Part shown: positions 8,095 through 17,819 of the stretch, piece by piece
How positions within the stretch are numbered: the stretch's first letter is position 1
How the letters are laid out: each line of letters opens with the position of its first letter
DNA from: Minisyncoccia bacterium
GTDB taxonomy: Bacteria > Patescibacteriota > Minisyncoccia > UBA6257 > GWB1-50-10
Length of the DNA: 38,868 bases
Direction of reading: 5' to 3'
Assembly: GCA_049997835.1 (NCBI GenBank)
Contig: JBEKSI010000002.1
Location: 1 to 38,868 of the forward strand
The notes under the pieces: model-generated
Database searches by the model: none
Seen by the model: the letters and a program-made list of their open reading frames with translations, nothing else
Told to the model about the DNA's origin: nothing
Made by a program: the position numbers and the translations under genes

Positions 8095-9201
8095 ATGAAA
8101 CTAATAATACTAAGAACTAACTTAATAGATGGGTTGAACTCCATGGAATGCGCGATTAGTGAGAGTTTGAATCTACCCATCTTAAAAAATATTCTAATTA
8201 AAACTAATGGGGATGGTATTGTTTTTACCTCTACCAACCTTGAATTGGCGGTAGAATGCGTTATTTCCGGCAAGGTTATAGAAAAGGGTGAAATAACAAT
8301 CCCATTTTCCATATTTAATTCCATAATTAAAAACCTTAATTCTGAAAGGATTAGTTTAGAGGAAAAAAACAAAAAAGTGGTAATAAGCACGGATAATTAT
8401 GAGGCGGTTATTCAAGGACAGGATTCGAAAGAATTCCCAATAATTCCCCCCATCGCGAATAAAAACAAAAAACTCAAAATAAACACCAATGATTTTAAAG
8501 AAGCCCTGGGAAGCGTGATAATCGCCGCCCAATATTCCGACATTAGGCCCGAGATAAGTGGAGTTTTTTTAAATCACCTAGATAACACTTTTACTCTCGT
8601 CGCGACGGACAGCTTCCGTTTATCCGAAAGAAAAATAGACGCTAAACTTATTCAAACCGACTTAGATGATTTTTCCGCGATAATACCCCTCAAAACCGCT
8701 TCGGAATTAATGAGGTTTTTCGGTAAAGACGAGGTTTTAGAGATTTCCATTGACCCAAATCAAATCTTATTCAACACTAAAAACAAAAAAATAATTTCCC
8801 GGCTTATAGACGGAAACTTCCCAGATTATAAAGCAGTGGTGCCAAAACAAACAAAGAACGAAGCGGTGGTTGATAAGAACGAATTGATTAACGCCCTGAA
8901 ATTAGCCAGCGCTTTTGTTGGTCGGACGAACGATATAACTCTCAAGATTGGGGATGGGAAAAAAACCATGGAAGTTTATTCCGTAGACAGTTCTTTAGGG
9001 GAGAATTGTTATAAAATACCCATTAAATTGAAGGGTGAAAAATTCTCTCTGGTTTTTAATTGGAAATATTTATTAGACGGCCTGAAGATTTACAAGGGTC
9101 AGGAGGTAATCTTGGGAGTTAATTCGCCGGACCGGCCGGTAGTGATAAAAACACTAACCGAACCACTGTTGGTCTACGTTGCGATGCCCATCAAGAGTTA
9201 G
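8095..9201 (+). CDS. dnaN: DNA polymerase III beta sliding clamp
   Basis: 368 aa immediately after dnaA. 'LVATDSFRLSERK' and 'LIDGNFPDYKAVVP' are typical clamp motifs. Confidence 0.9.
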   Translation: MKLIILRTNLIDGLNSMECAISESLNLPILKNILIKTNGDGIVFTSTNLELAVECVISGKVIEKGEITIPFSIFNSIIKNLNSERISLEEKNKKVVISTDNYEAVIQGQDSKEFPIIPPIANKNKKLKINTNDFKEALGSVIIAAQYSDIRPEISGVFLNHLDNTFTLVATDSFRLSERKIDAKLIQTDLDDFSAIIPLKTASELMRFFGKDEVLEISIDPNQILFNTKNKKIISRLIDGNFPDYKAVVPKQTKNEAVVDKNELINALKLASAFVGRTNDITLKIGDGKKTMEVYSVDSSLGENCYKIPIKLKGEKFSLVFNWKYLLDGLKIYKGQEVILGVNSPDRPVVIKTLTEPLLVYVAMPIKS

Positions 9202-11396
9202 TGTAGGAACCAATTTAAGATTCCCGTTTCCCAATTTATGAACTGCGAGTCGTCGGCGGGATTTTGAGGGAAATCTCCCAAGGGGTTATTTTTATCCACG
9301 TAGTACAGAATGGAATGAACCTGGCTTTTTTGGTTTATCCCAACGGGGGTATAAATGTACTGCCCGTTTAACATGGGTTTATTTGAAATGTTAACTGTAT
9401 CCGGATTGGAAAAACTTTCGGGTGAGTAATTGTTTATCACTTGTTTTAAAAAATCGCTCCAAATCGGCACGGCGGCCAGAATACTTGTTCCCTTTCTTAT
9501 CATGGGGGTATTGTCATTGTTCCCGGCCCAAACGCCGACAGTGATGAAAGGGGTGTATCCCATCGCCCACGCGTCCCGATAGTCGTTAGTTGTTCCGGTT
9601 TTAAGCGCCACATCGTAGCCGGGGAAAACCGTGATCCCCAAACTATTTTGAAATAATCCGGAGCGCAGATCTTTATCCGAAAGTATTTTATTTATCATTT
9701 GAGGGTATTGAGGATCAATGACCTTGGTTGAATCATCATGATACGTTTCAAGAACATTTCCCTTACTGTCGCTTATTTCAAGAATGCTGGTTTGATTGTG
9801 GCGCACGCCCTCTTGGGCGAAGGTGGAGAAAGCGTTGACTAAATCCACCAACTTAACCTCGCCGCCGCCCAAAACCAAAGACAAACCGTATCTCCACGGA
9901 TCGTTCAGGGTGGTGATTCCGAAACCGTGGGCGTTATTAAGAAAAGCTTTCAACCCCACTAAATATAACGTCTTTACTGCGGGAATATTTATTGATTGAG
10001 CGAGAGCTTGGTCCATTTGAACCGGCCCCTGGAACGGTTCAAAATCCTGGGGGTGGAAACATTCGCTGGAGCTTGATTCCTGGTTGTTGAAATCAAACGT
10101 GGCCGGGCAGTTGGGATCGTTTGAAACGAATTCCGTGGGCACGTCAAACAAGATCGTCTGAGTCGGGTAGCCCAATTGGAAAGCCGTCATATAAGCGAAG
10201 GGTTTGAGCGCCGAGCCCGGCTGGCGAAGGCCCTGGATGGCAACGTTAAAATTCCCCCCTATATCCGTATCAAAATAATTTCTAGAGCCCACAAGGGCCA
10301 GAATCTGGCCTGTTTTAGGGTCTTGAGCCACCAAGCTGGCGTTTTTCCCGTCATAAAGCTCCTCGTTTCTCTTGGCGCCGCTCTCCACCGCCTTTTCCGC
10401 GATTTGCTGCATACCCCAATCCAAAGAAGTTGTGACCCTTAACCCCCCGTTTAAAACCTCATCCTCGCCGTATTTATTAATAAGGTAATCCTTCACCATC
10501 AACGAAAAGTGCGGGGCCTTGATTATCCCCAATGAAGGCGGGGCAAAAACCAACTTTTCTTTTTTGGATTTATCGGATTGTTCTTTGGAAATATAACCCA
10601 ACTCAAACATCTTATCCAAAATATAATCTTTCCGAGTTGTTAGGTCGTCAGTATGGCTGCCCCAGGGAGAATAATAACTAGGTGCCTTGGGAAGTCCCGC
10701 AAGAAGGGCCGACTCGGCCAGATCCAAATCCTTTGCGGATTTGTTGAAAAACGTCTGACTTGCCGCTTCAACGCCGTAGGCGTTTGAACCATAAGGAACT
10801 TGATTGAGGTAAAGGCTCAAGATCTCATCCTTGGAATATTTAGATTCAAGCTCAATCGCTAGAACCAATTCCTTTATTTTCCGGGTGATGGTCTTTTCCG
10901 GCGAAAGAAAAACATTTTTTGCCAGTTGCTGGGTGATTGTTGAACCGCCTTGGGAAAAACTCAGTGTTTTAATGTCAACCCATAGGGCCCTTAGAATGCC
11001 CTGCCAATCAAAAGCCGGCCGGGTATAAAAATTGGCATCCTCGGCTGATATGGTGGCACGTCTGAGATTTTCGGGGATATCACTGAAAGGAACAACCGTC
11101 CTTTTTTCCTCGCCATGGATCTCATAAAGGAGTGTTTTCCCGGTCCGGTCGTATATTTTTGTGGATTGGCTGGCTTCGTGAGTTTCAAACTGGTCGGGTG
11201 AAGGGAGATTTTTTATGAGAACGACGGTGTAAATAACACCCAAACTTAAGAAACTTAAACTGATAATGGAGCCGGATAAAAGAGCGGAGATAAAAAAACG
11301 TTTTCTTTTTTTAGACTTTCTAATCACTTTGTTAATTCTATATTTTGATTTATCAGTAATCAAACCCCAACCCTGCGTATTTGTAGCACTAAACAA
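9198..11396 (-). CDS. Class A penicillin-binding protein (bifunctional glycosyltransferase/transpeptidase)
   Basis: GT51 motifs 'EDANFYTRPAFDW', 'GGSTITQQLAKN' and 'RKIKELVLAIELE'. Transpeptidase motifs SxxK 'SALKPF', SxN 'SIN' and 'KTGTT'. N-terminal TM anchor. Confidence 0.9.
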   Translation of the reverse strand: MFSATNTQGWGLITDKSKYRINKVIRKSKKRKRFFISALLSGSIISLSFLSLGVIYTVVLIKNLPSPDQFETHEASQSTKIYDRTGKTLLYEIHGEEKRTVVPFSDIPENLRRATISAEDANFYTRPAFDWQGILRALWVDIKTLSFSQGGSTITQQLAKNVFLSPEKTITRKIKELVLAIELESKYSKDEILSLYLNQVPYGSNAYGVEAASQTFFNKSAKDLDLAESALLAGLPKAPSYYSPWGSHTDDLTTRKDYILDKMFELGYISKEQSDKSKKEKLVFAPPSLGIIKAPHFSLMVKDYLINKYGEDEVLNGGLRVTTSLDWGMQQIAEKAVESGAKRNEELYDGKNASLVAQDPKTGQILALVGSRNYFDTDIGGNFNVAIQGLRQPGSALKPFAYMTAFQLGYPTQTILFDVPTEFVSNDPNCPATFDFNNQESSSSECFHPQDFEPFQGPVQMDQALAQSINIPAVKTLYLVGLKAFLNNAHGFGITTLNDPWRYGLSLVLGGGEVKLVDLVNAFSTFAQEGVRHNQTSILEISDSKGNVLETYHDDSTKVIDPQYPQMINKILSDKDLRSGLFQNSLGITVFPGYDVALKTGTTNDYRDAWAMGYTPFITVGVWAGNNDNTPMIRKGTSILAAVPIWSDFLKQVINNYSPESFSNPDTVNISNKPMLNGQYIYTPVGINQKSQVHSILYYVDKNNPLGDFPQNPADDSQFINWETGILNWFLH

Positions 11397-11444
11397 ACAA
11401 AAAACCCACCGACAAAAGCCAGCGAGTTTCCTGTTTTAAAAACC

Positions 11445-11663
11445 TTAGAAATCTTCTTCGCCCGGATTCTCTATCATTTCCTCGTCCAAATCAAAACCGT
11501 CCCCACTGACCTTATGACCCGGTTTGCCGCCCGATCCTTCCTCACCGGCAACATCATCCTCGAGCGGTAAGACGGGGTTAAAACTCACCCCCTCCCCCTC
11601 TTCTTCTATTACGTCCTCATCACTCAAATTCAATATAAGCGGCTTTAGTTCTGTTATGACCAT
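11445..11663 (-). CDS. Small, highly acidic hypothetical protein (72 aa)
   Basis: ORF only. D/E-rich ('SDEDVIEEEGEG', 'DLDEEMIENPGEEDF'). Co-directional between ruvC and the PBP gene. No recognisable family and a weak RBS. Confidence 0.3.
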   Translation of the reverse strand: MVITELKPLILNLSDEDVIEEEGEGVSFNPVLPLEDDVAGEEGSGGKPGHKVSGDGFDLDEEMIENPGEEDF

Positions 11664-11740
11664 TATTCTTTTTCAAACAAACGACCTTTCTTTTAATGAT
11701 TGGGGATAGTATAGAGGACGATTTAGAAAAGTCAATCCCG

Positions 11741-12214
11741 CTAAATGTTGTTTTGTCTGCTGGAAGCCGCGATGGCTATGGCCAGCGCATCGGTCGCATC
11801 GTCAATAATTTTCCGGGTGTCCATATTTAAAAACAACCCAACCATTTTTGCGACCGATTTTTTATCCGCCCGGCCGTCCCCGGTTGCCGCGAGTTTAATG
11901 GAAGATGGAGAGAACTCAATAAGTTTTATTTTGTTGGCGGCGATTATTTTAGATATCACGCCCCGCGCCTCGGCCACAAAAATGCCGGTTTTTTTGTTTT
12001 TGGTGATAAAAATTTTTTCTAAACCAACCACATCCGGATGGAATTCACCAATGATCGCCTCAAGTCCTTTTTCAAGCGCAAGAAGCCGTTCGCCGTGGCC
12101 GCCAGCCGGAATCTTAATAAGGCCACTTTTCAGATGAGTTAATTTAGAACCCTCCTTTTTTATGAGTCCATATCCCGCCCTGACGTTTCCGGGATCTATG
12201 CCTAAAACAATCAT
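11741..12214 (-). CDS. ruvC: Holliday junction resolvase RuvC
   Basis: 'MIVLGIDPG' and 'DATDALAIAIA' RuvC catalytic motifs. 4-nt overlap with the upstream kinase gene. Confidence 0.9.
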   Translation of the reverse strand: MIVLGIDPGNVRAGYGLIKKEGSKLTHLKSGLIKIPAGGHGERLLALEKGLEAIIGEFHPDVVGLEKIFITKNKKTGIFVAEARGVISKIIAANKIKLIEFSPSSIKLAATGDGRADKKSVAKMVGLFLNMDTRKIIDDATDALAIAIAASSRQNNI

Positions 12215-13545
12215 TTTGCGGGGAGAGTTATGGAAAATACCGTGCCGCGTCCTATTTGGGAATCAATGCTGATTTTCCCGCCATGGCGCTCAATAATATT
12301 TTTCGTTATAAAAAGTCCCAAACCGCTTCCGTTGGGTTCCATCTGAACCACGTTGGTCCCTCGGTAAAATTTCTGGAACATTTTTCCTAAATCCTCTTTC
12401 GGGATGCCCACGCCGGTGTCTCGAATCTCAATTCTCACAGAATCGGGATTCGAATCCGGTCCGGCCACAATATCCACATTCCCGTTTTTTACGTTGTATT
12501 TTATTCCGTTGTCCAGAAGATTCGAGAAGGCCATACCCAGAAGTTGTTTGTCTATTTTTATGGAGTATTTTTTCGCGCTTGGAGAAAAGACCATTTTTAT
12601 TCCATACTCTTTCGCTATCGGTTCGGCTTGTTTTACTATGGCGCCCAAAAAATCATTAACATCCGTTTCTTCAAAATCAAATCCAAACCGACCCTCCTCG
12701 ATTCTCGCGGCGTTCAAGAGGTCGTTCACGATCTTCAACGACCGCTCCGTAAGCTGCCATCCTTCTTTGGCTAAGCCCTCCACGTCTTTCAAGTTAGGAT
12801 TCTTATCCCCCAGAATTTTGTTTAAGCTCTCAAAAGACCAGTTTAGGGCCGTGAGCGGCGTCCGGAGCTGGTGGGCGGCGACGGAAATAAATTCCGTTTT
12901 GGATTCAACAATGTTTTTTTCCCTCGTCATGTCGGTGATAATCTTCAAAAAACCCACTACTTCGTTTTTTTCGTTGATAATCCTGTTTAAAGCCGTCCGG
13001 ATTTCTCGGTGCGGCTCTTCGAGCGTCAGATCAATGATCTGCGGCCAGCCGCTCGCGGAAATCGTGTTCATTAACGGCGCGAGAGAAGGAAAAATAATTT
13101 CAATAAGCGTTTTTAACCGGGGATTTTTTATCATTCCCGGCTCCAGGCGTTCCCTGAGAACTTCCCCTGCGTTTAATCCGAAAATTTCTTCCGCGGGTTT
13201 GTTTAAACTCAGGATTCTGAAATTAGTATCGTAGACGACCACCCCGTCCCGGATGTTTTGTATCACCGTTTCCAACTCCAGATTTTTCACCTGATTTTCA
13301 ATGGAGGAGCGTATGGTTTTCACGTATCCCAAGATTGCTATGGCGGTGGCGGCGGAAAAAATCACCAAATTGATTACGGCAACCGAAGGCGGCAGAAAGA
13401 ACAGATTAACGATTAAGATTATCAGCGCCAGTCCGAAAACGGCGATCATTTTCAAAAAACTCTCTTTTTGGGCGGAGTTTCTAATGTCTTTTAATATTCT
13501 CAACAGATTATTCATTTTTGTGTTTATATTCCCGAAGGTCTCCAA
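12211..13545 (-). CDS. Sensor histidine kinase (2 TM + PAS-like + HisKA + HATPase_c)
   Basis: H-box 'SVAAHQLRTPLT', N-box 'LLDNGIKY', G-boxes 'DTGVGIP' and 'GSGLGL'. An alternative ATG at 13515 would reduce the overlap with polA to 8 nt (ATGAATAA). Confidence 0.85.
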   Translation of the reverse strand: METFGNINTKMNNLLRILKDIRNSAQKESFLKMIAVFGLALIILIVNLFFLPPSVAVINLVIFSAATAIAILGYVKTIRSSIENQVKNLELETVIQNIRDGVVVYDTNFRILSLNKPAEEIFGLNAGEVLRERLEPGMIKNPRLKTLIEIIFPSLAPLMNTISASGWPQIIDLTLEEPHREIRTALNRIINEKNEVVGFLKIITDMTREKNIVESKTEFISVAAHQLRTPLTALNWSFESLNKILGDKNPNLKDVEGLAKEGWQLTERSLKIVNDLLNAARIEEGRFGFDFEETDVNDFLGAIVKQAEPIAKEYGIKMVFSPSAKKYSIKIDKQLLGMAFSNLLDNGIKYNVKNGNVDIVAGPDSNPDSVRIEIRDTGVGIPKEDLGKMFQKFYRGTNVVQMEPNGSGLGLFITKNIIERHGGKISIDSQIGRGTVFSITLPAK

Positions 13546-15958
13546 GATTCTTCCCGTACCTCACATCTACCTTAAGTGGGGCGGCGAGGGGATAAATATC
13601 TTCCATAATATCTTTTATGAGAGGCACCGCTTTACTTAGAATATCATCGCGGATTTCGAAGAGCAATTCATCGTGAACGGTTAGAACCATTTTAATTTCA
13701 TCCCCAAACCATCCTTTTTCTTTCATAAGGGCGAAAGATTTTATCATTGCCATTTTAATGACGTCCGCCCCCAAACTTTGAAGAGGCATATTGACCGCCG
13801 CTCTTTCTATTTCTCCCATGATTTTGGGGTGGCGGGCGTCGGTCCAGAACCAGCGCCGCCGGCCGTTCAGATTTTCCACGTAACCGCGCGCAGCCGCCTG
13901 GGCTTTTACTTCATCCTGCCATTTTTTCACCTTGGGGAATTCCCGGTAATAGTCGCTGATGAATTTTTTCCCCTCCTCTAAACTTACGCCTGCTGATTGG
14001 GCAAAGGCCCGCGGCCCCATACCGTAAACCACGCCGAAATTAAGGGTTTTACCGAGGCGCCGGGCGTTGCGAGAAACTTCGGTAGAAGGGATTTTAAGAA
14101 TTCGCGAGGCGGTCAGTGTATGAATATCCTGATTTTTTTCAAAAGCCGCTATCAGATTTTCGTCGCCCGACATATGGGCCAAAAGACGCAATTCAAGCTG
14201 GGCATAATCAAAAGAGAAGAAGGAGCAACCCTTAGGGACGATGAATGCCTCCCGAAGCTCTTTGGCCCACTCGGATTCTTGGGGAATGTTCTGGAGATTC
14301 GGTTTTTCGGAAGCCAGCCGCCCGGTTGCCGTCCCGGTTTGAATGAAATTCGTCCGGATCCTTCCATCCTGACCGCAGAGTTTTAGAAGTGGTTCCACGT
14401 AGGTGGATTTTATTTTGAATGTTTCCCGGTAAGTGAGGATATCGGTAACCACCGGATGTTCGTCTTTAATGGATAAAAGAACCTCTTCCGAAGTTGAGCG
14501 CAGACCTGTGCCGGTCTTTTTTATCTTTTCGGATTTTATCTTCAGTTTTTCAAAAAGCGCTTCGGCGACTTGGCGGGAAGAGTTTATGTTAAAATCTCCG
14601 CCAGCGGCAGCATAAATTCTTTTTGTGAGAGCATTAAGCTTATCCTCCATTTTCCGGAGCAGATTTTTCAGTTTATTTTTTTCCAGCCCCACTCCCCAAA
14701 CCTCCATCCAGGCGAGTGTTTCAATAAGCGGCATCTCTATTTCATAGAAAACTCTTTCTAATCCCTCCTGCTTCATTTTTTTCTCCAAAATCAAAGACAA
14801 TTCGCTTAAAACAACTCCGTTATTCGTTTTTCCCGCCGATCTTCCCAAGAATTTATTCAATATCGCTTCCGGCGAGATTTCTGTTTCATCGGGGTTCAAA
14901 AGCCAACCCGCGATGAGCAGATCAAAGATATCCTTCGGGATTTTTTTGTTTTCTCCGATAAATTTCTTGAAAATGGGTTTCCAGTCCCAAGCCACTTGAA
15001 AACGCCCATTTTTTTCTCCCAGGGTTATTTCCGGTTCGGGGAGAGGGAAGAGTTTTTCCTGAAATTGCGCCGGCTCCTTCGTTTCTTTTGGTTTTTTGAT
15101 TCCTTCCATCCGGCGGATCAAACTCTCAAATCCGAATTTTTCAAAGTACGCGGACAGCTTTTCTTTTTCCAGCCCCGGGAATTTTATTTCTTCCGAAGAA
15201 ACTTCTATCGGAACGTCCCTGTTTATGGTGGCGAGCTCCTTAGAAAACAACGCTTCCTTTTTAAAAGGAAGAACTTTCTTCCCGGCCGGGTCGCTCTCCG
15301 GCATGTTTTCAAAAAGTTTTTCCAAGGAGCCGTATTTTGAAATGAATGTCTCGGCGGTTTTTGGGCCGATACCCCTTACTCCGGGAATGTTATCTGAGGC
15401 GTCGCCCACCAGGCCCTTATAGTCCGTCATTTGCGCCGGCTTAAGGCCGTATCTGTCAAAAACACCTCGCTCATCATAGATTAGGGTCTCGCTCACACCC
15501 CTTTTAAACGTCTCAACGACAATTTTTTCTCCCTTAATCAGCTGTAGCGAATCCAAGTCGCCGGTGAGAATTACGATTTTTAAATTCTTATCCCCACCAA
15601 ATTTTTTTACGAAAGTGCCAATAATATCATCCGCTTCAAAACCGGGTTTTTCAAAATAATTTATGCCGAACTCGCGGAACAAGTTATGAGCTTCAATGAT
15701 CTGACTCACGAGTTCATCCGGCGCTTTAGGGCGGTGCGCTTTATAGGCCTCGTACATTTCTTTCCGGAATGTCGGCTCGGGTCGGTCAAAGGCCGCGACG
15801 GCGTAATCCGGCTTATGCTCGCTTAAAATCCTGAGAAGCGCCCCGGCTAGACCGTAAAGCGCGCCCGTGGGCACGCCGCCCTTTCCCGTGAGCGGAGGGA
15901 GCGCGTGGAAAGAACGATGGATCAACGAATTAGCGTCTATAAGAAGAAGTTTTTTCAT
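13508..15958 (-). CDS. polA: DNA polymerase I (5'-3' exonuclease + short linker + family A polymerase)
   Basis: N-terminal 'LLLIDANSLIHRSFHA'. Motif A 'DYAQLELRLLAH', motif B 'RRLGKTLNFGVVYGMG', motif C 'TVHDELLFE'. Confidence 0.95.
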   Translation of the reverse strand: MKKLLLIDANSLIHRSFHALPPLTGKGGVPTGALYGLAGALLRILSEHKPDYAVAAFDRPEPTFRKEMYEAYKAHRPKAPDELVSQIIEAHNLFREFGINYFEKPGFEADDIIGTFVKKFGGDKNLKIVILTGDLDSLQLIKGEKIVVETFKRGVSETLIYDERGVFDRYGLKPAQMTDYKGLVGDASDNIPGVRGIGPKTAETFISKYGSLEKLFENMPESDPAGKKVLPFKKEALFSKELATINRDVPIEVSSEEIKFPGLEKEKLSAYFEKFGFESLIRRMEGIKKPKETKEPAQFQEKLFPLPEPEITLGEKNGRFQVAWDWKPIFKKFIGENKKIPKDIFDLLIAGWLLNPDETEISPEAILNKFLGRSAGKTNNGVVLSELSLILEKKMKQEGLERVFYEIEMPLIETLAWMEVWGVGLEKNKLKNLLRKMEDKLNALTKRIYAAAGGDFNINSSRQVAEALFEKLKIKSEKIKKTGTGLRSTSEEVLLSIKDEHPVVTDILTYRETFKIKSTYVEPLLKLCGQDGRIRTNFIQTGTATGRLASEKPNLQNIPQESEWAKELREAFIVPKGCSFFSFDYAQLELRLLAHMSGDENLIAAFEKNQDIHTLTASRILKIPSTEVSRNARRLGKTLNFGVVYGMGPRAFAQSAGVSLEEGKKFISDYYREFPKVKKWQDEVKAQAAARGYVENLNGRRRWFWTDARHPKIMGEIERAAVNMPLQSLGADVIKMAMIKSFALMKEKGWFGDEIKMVLTVHDELLFEIRDDILSKAVPLIKDIMEDIYPLAAPLKVDVRYGKNLGDLREYKHKNE

Positions 15959-16242
15959 CCCGTTAGAGATAGGAAACGCTTTAACCTATTTTTTAAATAG
16001 CGCTTACCCACACCCGACTTTAAATATTTTTCTCTCAACCTCGAGTCTTCTTCGTTCAAACAAGCTTCATAATATATTAAATCCCATGGAGTATTGTTTC
16101 TTGTCCAAGTCGATTTCTTTGGATTGTGTTGGTTAAAGCGTTTCCGTAGATCATTAGTGCTACCGGTATACCACCTATTGCTTTTCCTGCTTCTAATTAC
16201 ATAAGTGTAAAACATAAGTTTCTTATCTCTAACGGGATTCAT
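15955..16242 (-). CDS. Stand-alone GIY-YIG nuclease-domain protein
   Basis: 'FYTYVIRSRKSNRWYTGSTNDLRKRFNQHN' contains the GIY...YTG and R..H.N elements of the GIY-YIG fold. It overlaps tsaE by 14 nt and polA by 4 nt. Confidence 0.75.
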   Translation of the reverse strand: MNPVRDKKLMFYTYVIRSRKSNRWYTGSTNDLRKRFNQHNPKKSTWTRNNTPWDLIYYEACLNEEDSRLREKYLKSGVGKRYLKNRLKRFLSLTG

Positions 16243-16696
16243 TTTTGAATTCCAATATCCTTTCGTTTTCTTTTGACCCGTGTTTTAACGAAAGCCAGAT
16301 AGTATTTTTCAACAGAACCTTTTTTATTTTTTCCGGCCACTCTATGACTATTATACCTCCCGGTAAAGTCATGATTTTTTTAAATTCCAGCGGATTAAGC
16401 TCGGAAATTTTTTCGATGCGGTATGCATCCATGTGATAAAAAAACTCATGATCATTGACCGTTAATTTGTGGCGCGGGATTTTATATTTTCTGAAGATCA
16501 CGAATGTCGGGCTGGTAATTTTGTTTTTTATCCCCAATCCCTCCGCGAAACCCTGAATAAAAGTCGTCTTGCCGGCACCGAGCTCTCCTTTTAATCCAAT
16601 AACAACGGAATCATCATTCTTTGTTTTCAATATTTCTTTTGCGAGAAGTACCCCCAGTTTCTTTGTTTTAGAAGGAGAATCGCTTAGGATTTTCAT
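16229..16696 (-). CDS. tsaE: tRNA t6A37 biosynthesis ATPase TsaE
   Basis: P-loop 'LKGELGAGKTTFIQG', then 'SPTF', then 'HMDAYR', the TsaE/YjeE signature order. Confidence 0.85.
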   Translation of the reverse strand: MKILSDSPSKTKKLGVLLAKEILKTKNDDSVVIGLKGELGAGKTTFIQGFAEGLGIKNKITSPTFVIFRKYKIPRHKLTVNDHEFFYHMDAYRIEKISELNPLEFKKIMTLPGGIIVIEWPEKIKKVLLKNTIWLSLKHGSKENERILEFKNESR

Positions 16697-16697
16697 T

Positions 16698-17699
16698 TCA
16701 AATTAGTTTCTTGTCGCGGGGAATCTTCAAGTGTTCGTAGGCGAGCGGGGTCGCGACGCGGCCCAAAGGAGAGCGGTGAAGAAGCCCCAGTTTCATGAGA
16801 AACGGCTCAAAAACCCCCTCAATCGTTTCCATCTCCTCGTTCAAGGCCGCGGCAAGCGTCTTTAAGCCTACCGGTCCGCCGTTGAATTTCTTAATTATTA
16901 TCCTCAGAAGTTCCCGGTCGGTTTCTTCAAGTCCTAAGGCGTCAATATCCAACATTTCCAAGGTTTTTTGGACCGTTTCATCGTTGATTCCGGGTTGTTT
17001 GTAGACCTGTGCGTAATCGCGGGCGCGCTTCAAAAGGCGATTGGCCGTTCTTGGGGTGAAGCGCGAGGCCAGGGCGAGTTTTGCGACCGCCTCCTTCGTA
17101 ATCTTCACGCCCAGTATTTGCGCCGACCGCTCAATGATTTTTTCAATATCCTCCGGTTGATAGTAATCCAGGCGGAAGGTGGCGCCGAAGCGGGAACGAA
17201 GCGGGGCGGAAAGGGGATTGATGCGCGTAGTCGCGCCGATGACCGTAAACGGCGGCAAGTCCAAACTGAACGTTTTAGCCGAGGGGCCCTTGCCCACTAT
17301 TAGATGGAGTTTCCGGCTTTCAAGCGCGGGGTAAAGAATTTCTTCCACGAGTTTGTTGATGCGATGGATTTCGTCAATGAAAAGTATTTCATGGGGCTCA
17401 ACGTTGCTTAAAATGGCGGCAATGTCGCCGGCTTTCTCAAGCGCCGGGCCGGAGGTGGAACGGACATTCGTATTCATTTCTTTCCCCACAATGTAAGCGA
17501 GGGTCGTCTTCCCCAAACCCGCCTGGCCGTAAAAAAGAATATGGTCGCAAACCTCGTTTCGTCCCTTTGCCGCGTCAATAATTAGCTTAAGATTCGTTTT
17601 TACTTTTTCCTGGCCGATATAATCTTTCCAGGAATTGGGACGCAGAAGTGTTTCCAAACTCTGCTCGTCTTTGATGATTTTATTGTTCTGTTTTTTCAT
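16698..17699 (-). CDS. ruvB: Holliday junction branch migration helicase RuvB
   Basis: 'LFYGQAGLGKTTLA', 'LFIDEIHR' and 'GATTR' sensor motifs, plus the RuvB C-terminal winged helix. Confidence 0.95.
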   Translation of the reverse strand: MKKQNNKIIKDEQSLETLLRPNSWKDYIGQEKVKTNLKLIIDAAKGRNEVCDHILFYGQAGLGKTTLAYIVGKEMNTNVRSTSGPALEKAGDIAAILSNVEPHEILFIDEIHRINKLVEEILYPALESRKLHLIVGKGPSAKTFSLDLPPFTVIGATTRINPLSAPLRSRFGATFRLDYYQPEDIEKIIERSAQILGVKITKEAVAKLALASRFTPRTANRLLKRARDYAQVYKQPGINDETVQKTLEMLDIDALGLEETDRELLRIIIKKFNGGPVGLKTLAAALNEEMETIEGVFEPFLMKLGLLHRSPLGRVATPLAYEHLKIPRDKKLI

Positions 17700-17819
17700 A
17701 AATCCGTATTTTCCTTAATTTTACTACTTAAAACCGCCTATTCCTAGGTTGAATTTACCCTGTATTGGAGAGCTGTACACAGTATTGACACTTAAGGGGG
17801 TTTGTGCTAACATCCAAGC

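Noticed and set aside
8040-8390. 116-aa minus-strand ORF overlapping the dnaN start
   Set aside because: It overlaps dnaN and the AT-rich origin spacer. It is a hydrophobic, low-complexity product of AT-rich antisense sequence.
12404-13234. 276-aa plus-strand ORF
   Set aside because: It lies entirely antisense to the histidine kinase gene, which has clear H, N and G boxes. It has a low-complexity S/F/R-rich translation, no motifs and no start context. It is a shadow ORF.
17759-17784. E. coli-type SOS box (CTGT-N8-ACAG) upstream of ruvB in 'CTGTATTGGAGAGCTGTACACAG'
   Set aside because: The spacings between the CTGT and ACAG elements are wrong (2 nt or 15 nt rather than 8). There is no match to the GAAC-N4-GTTC type found at lexA.
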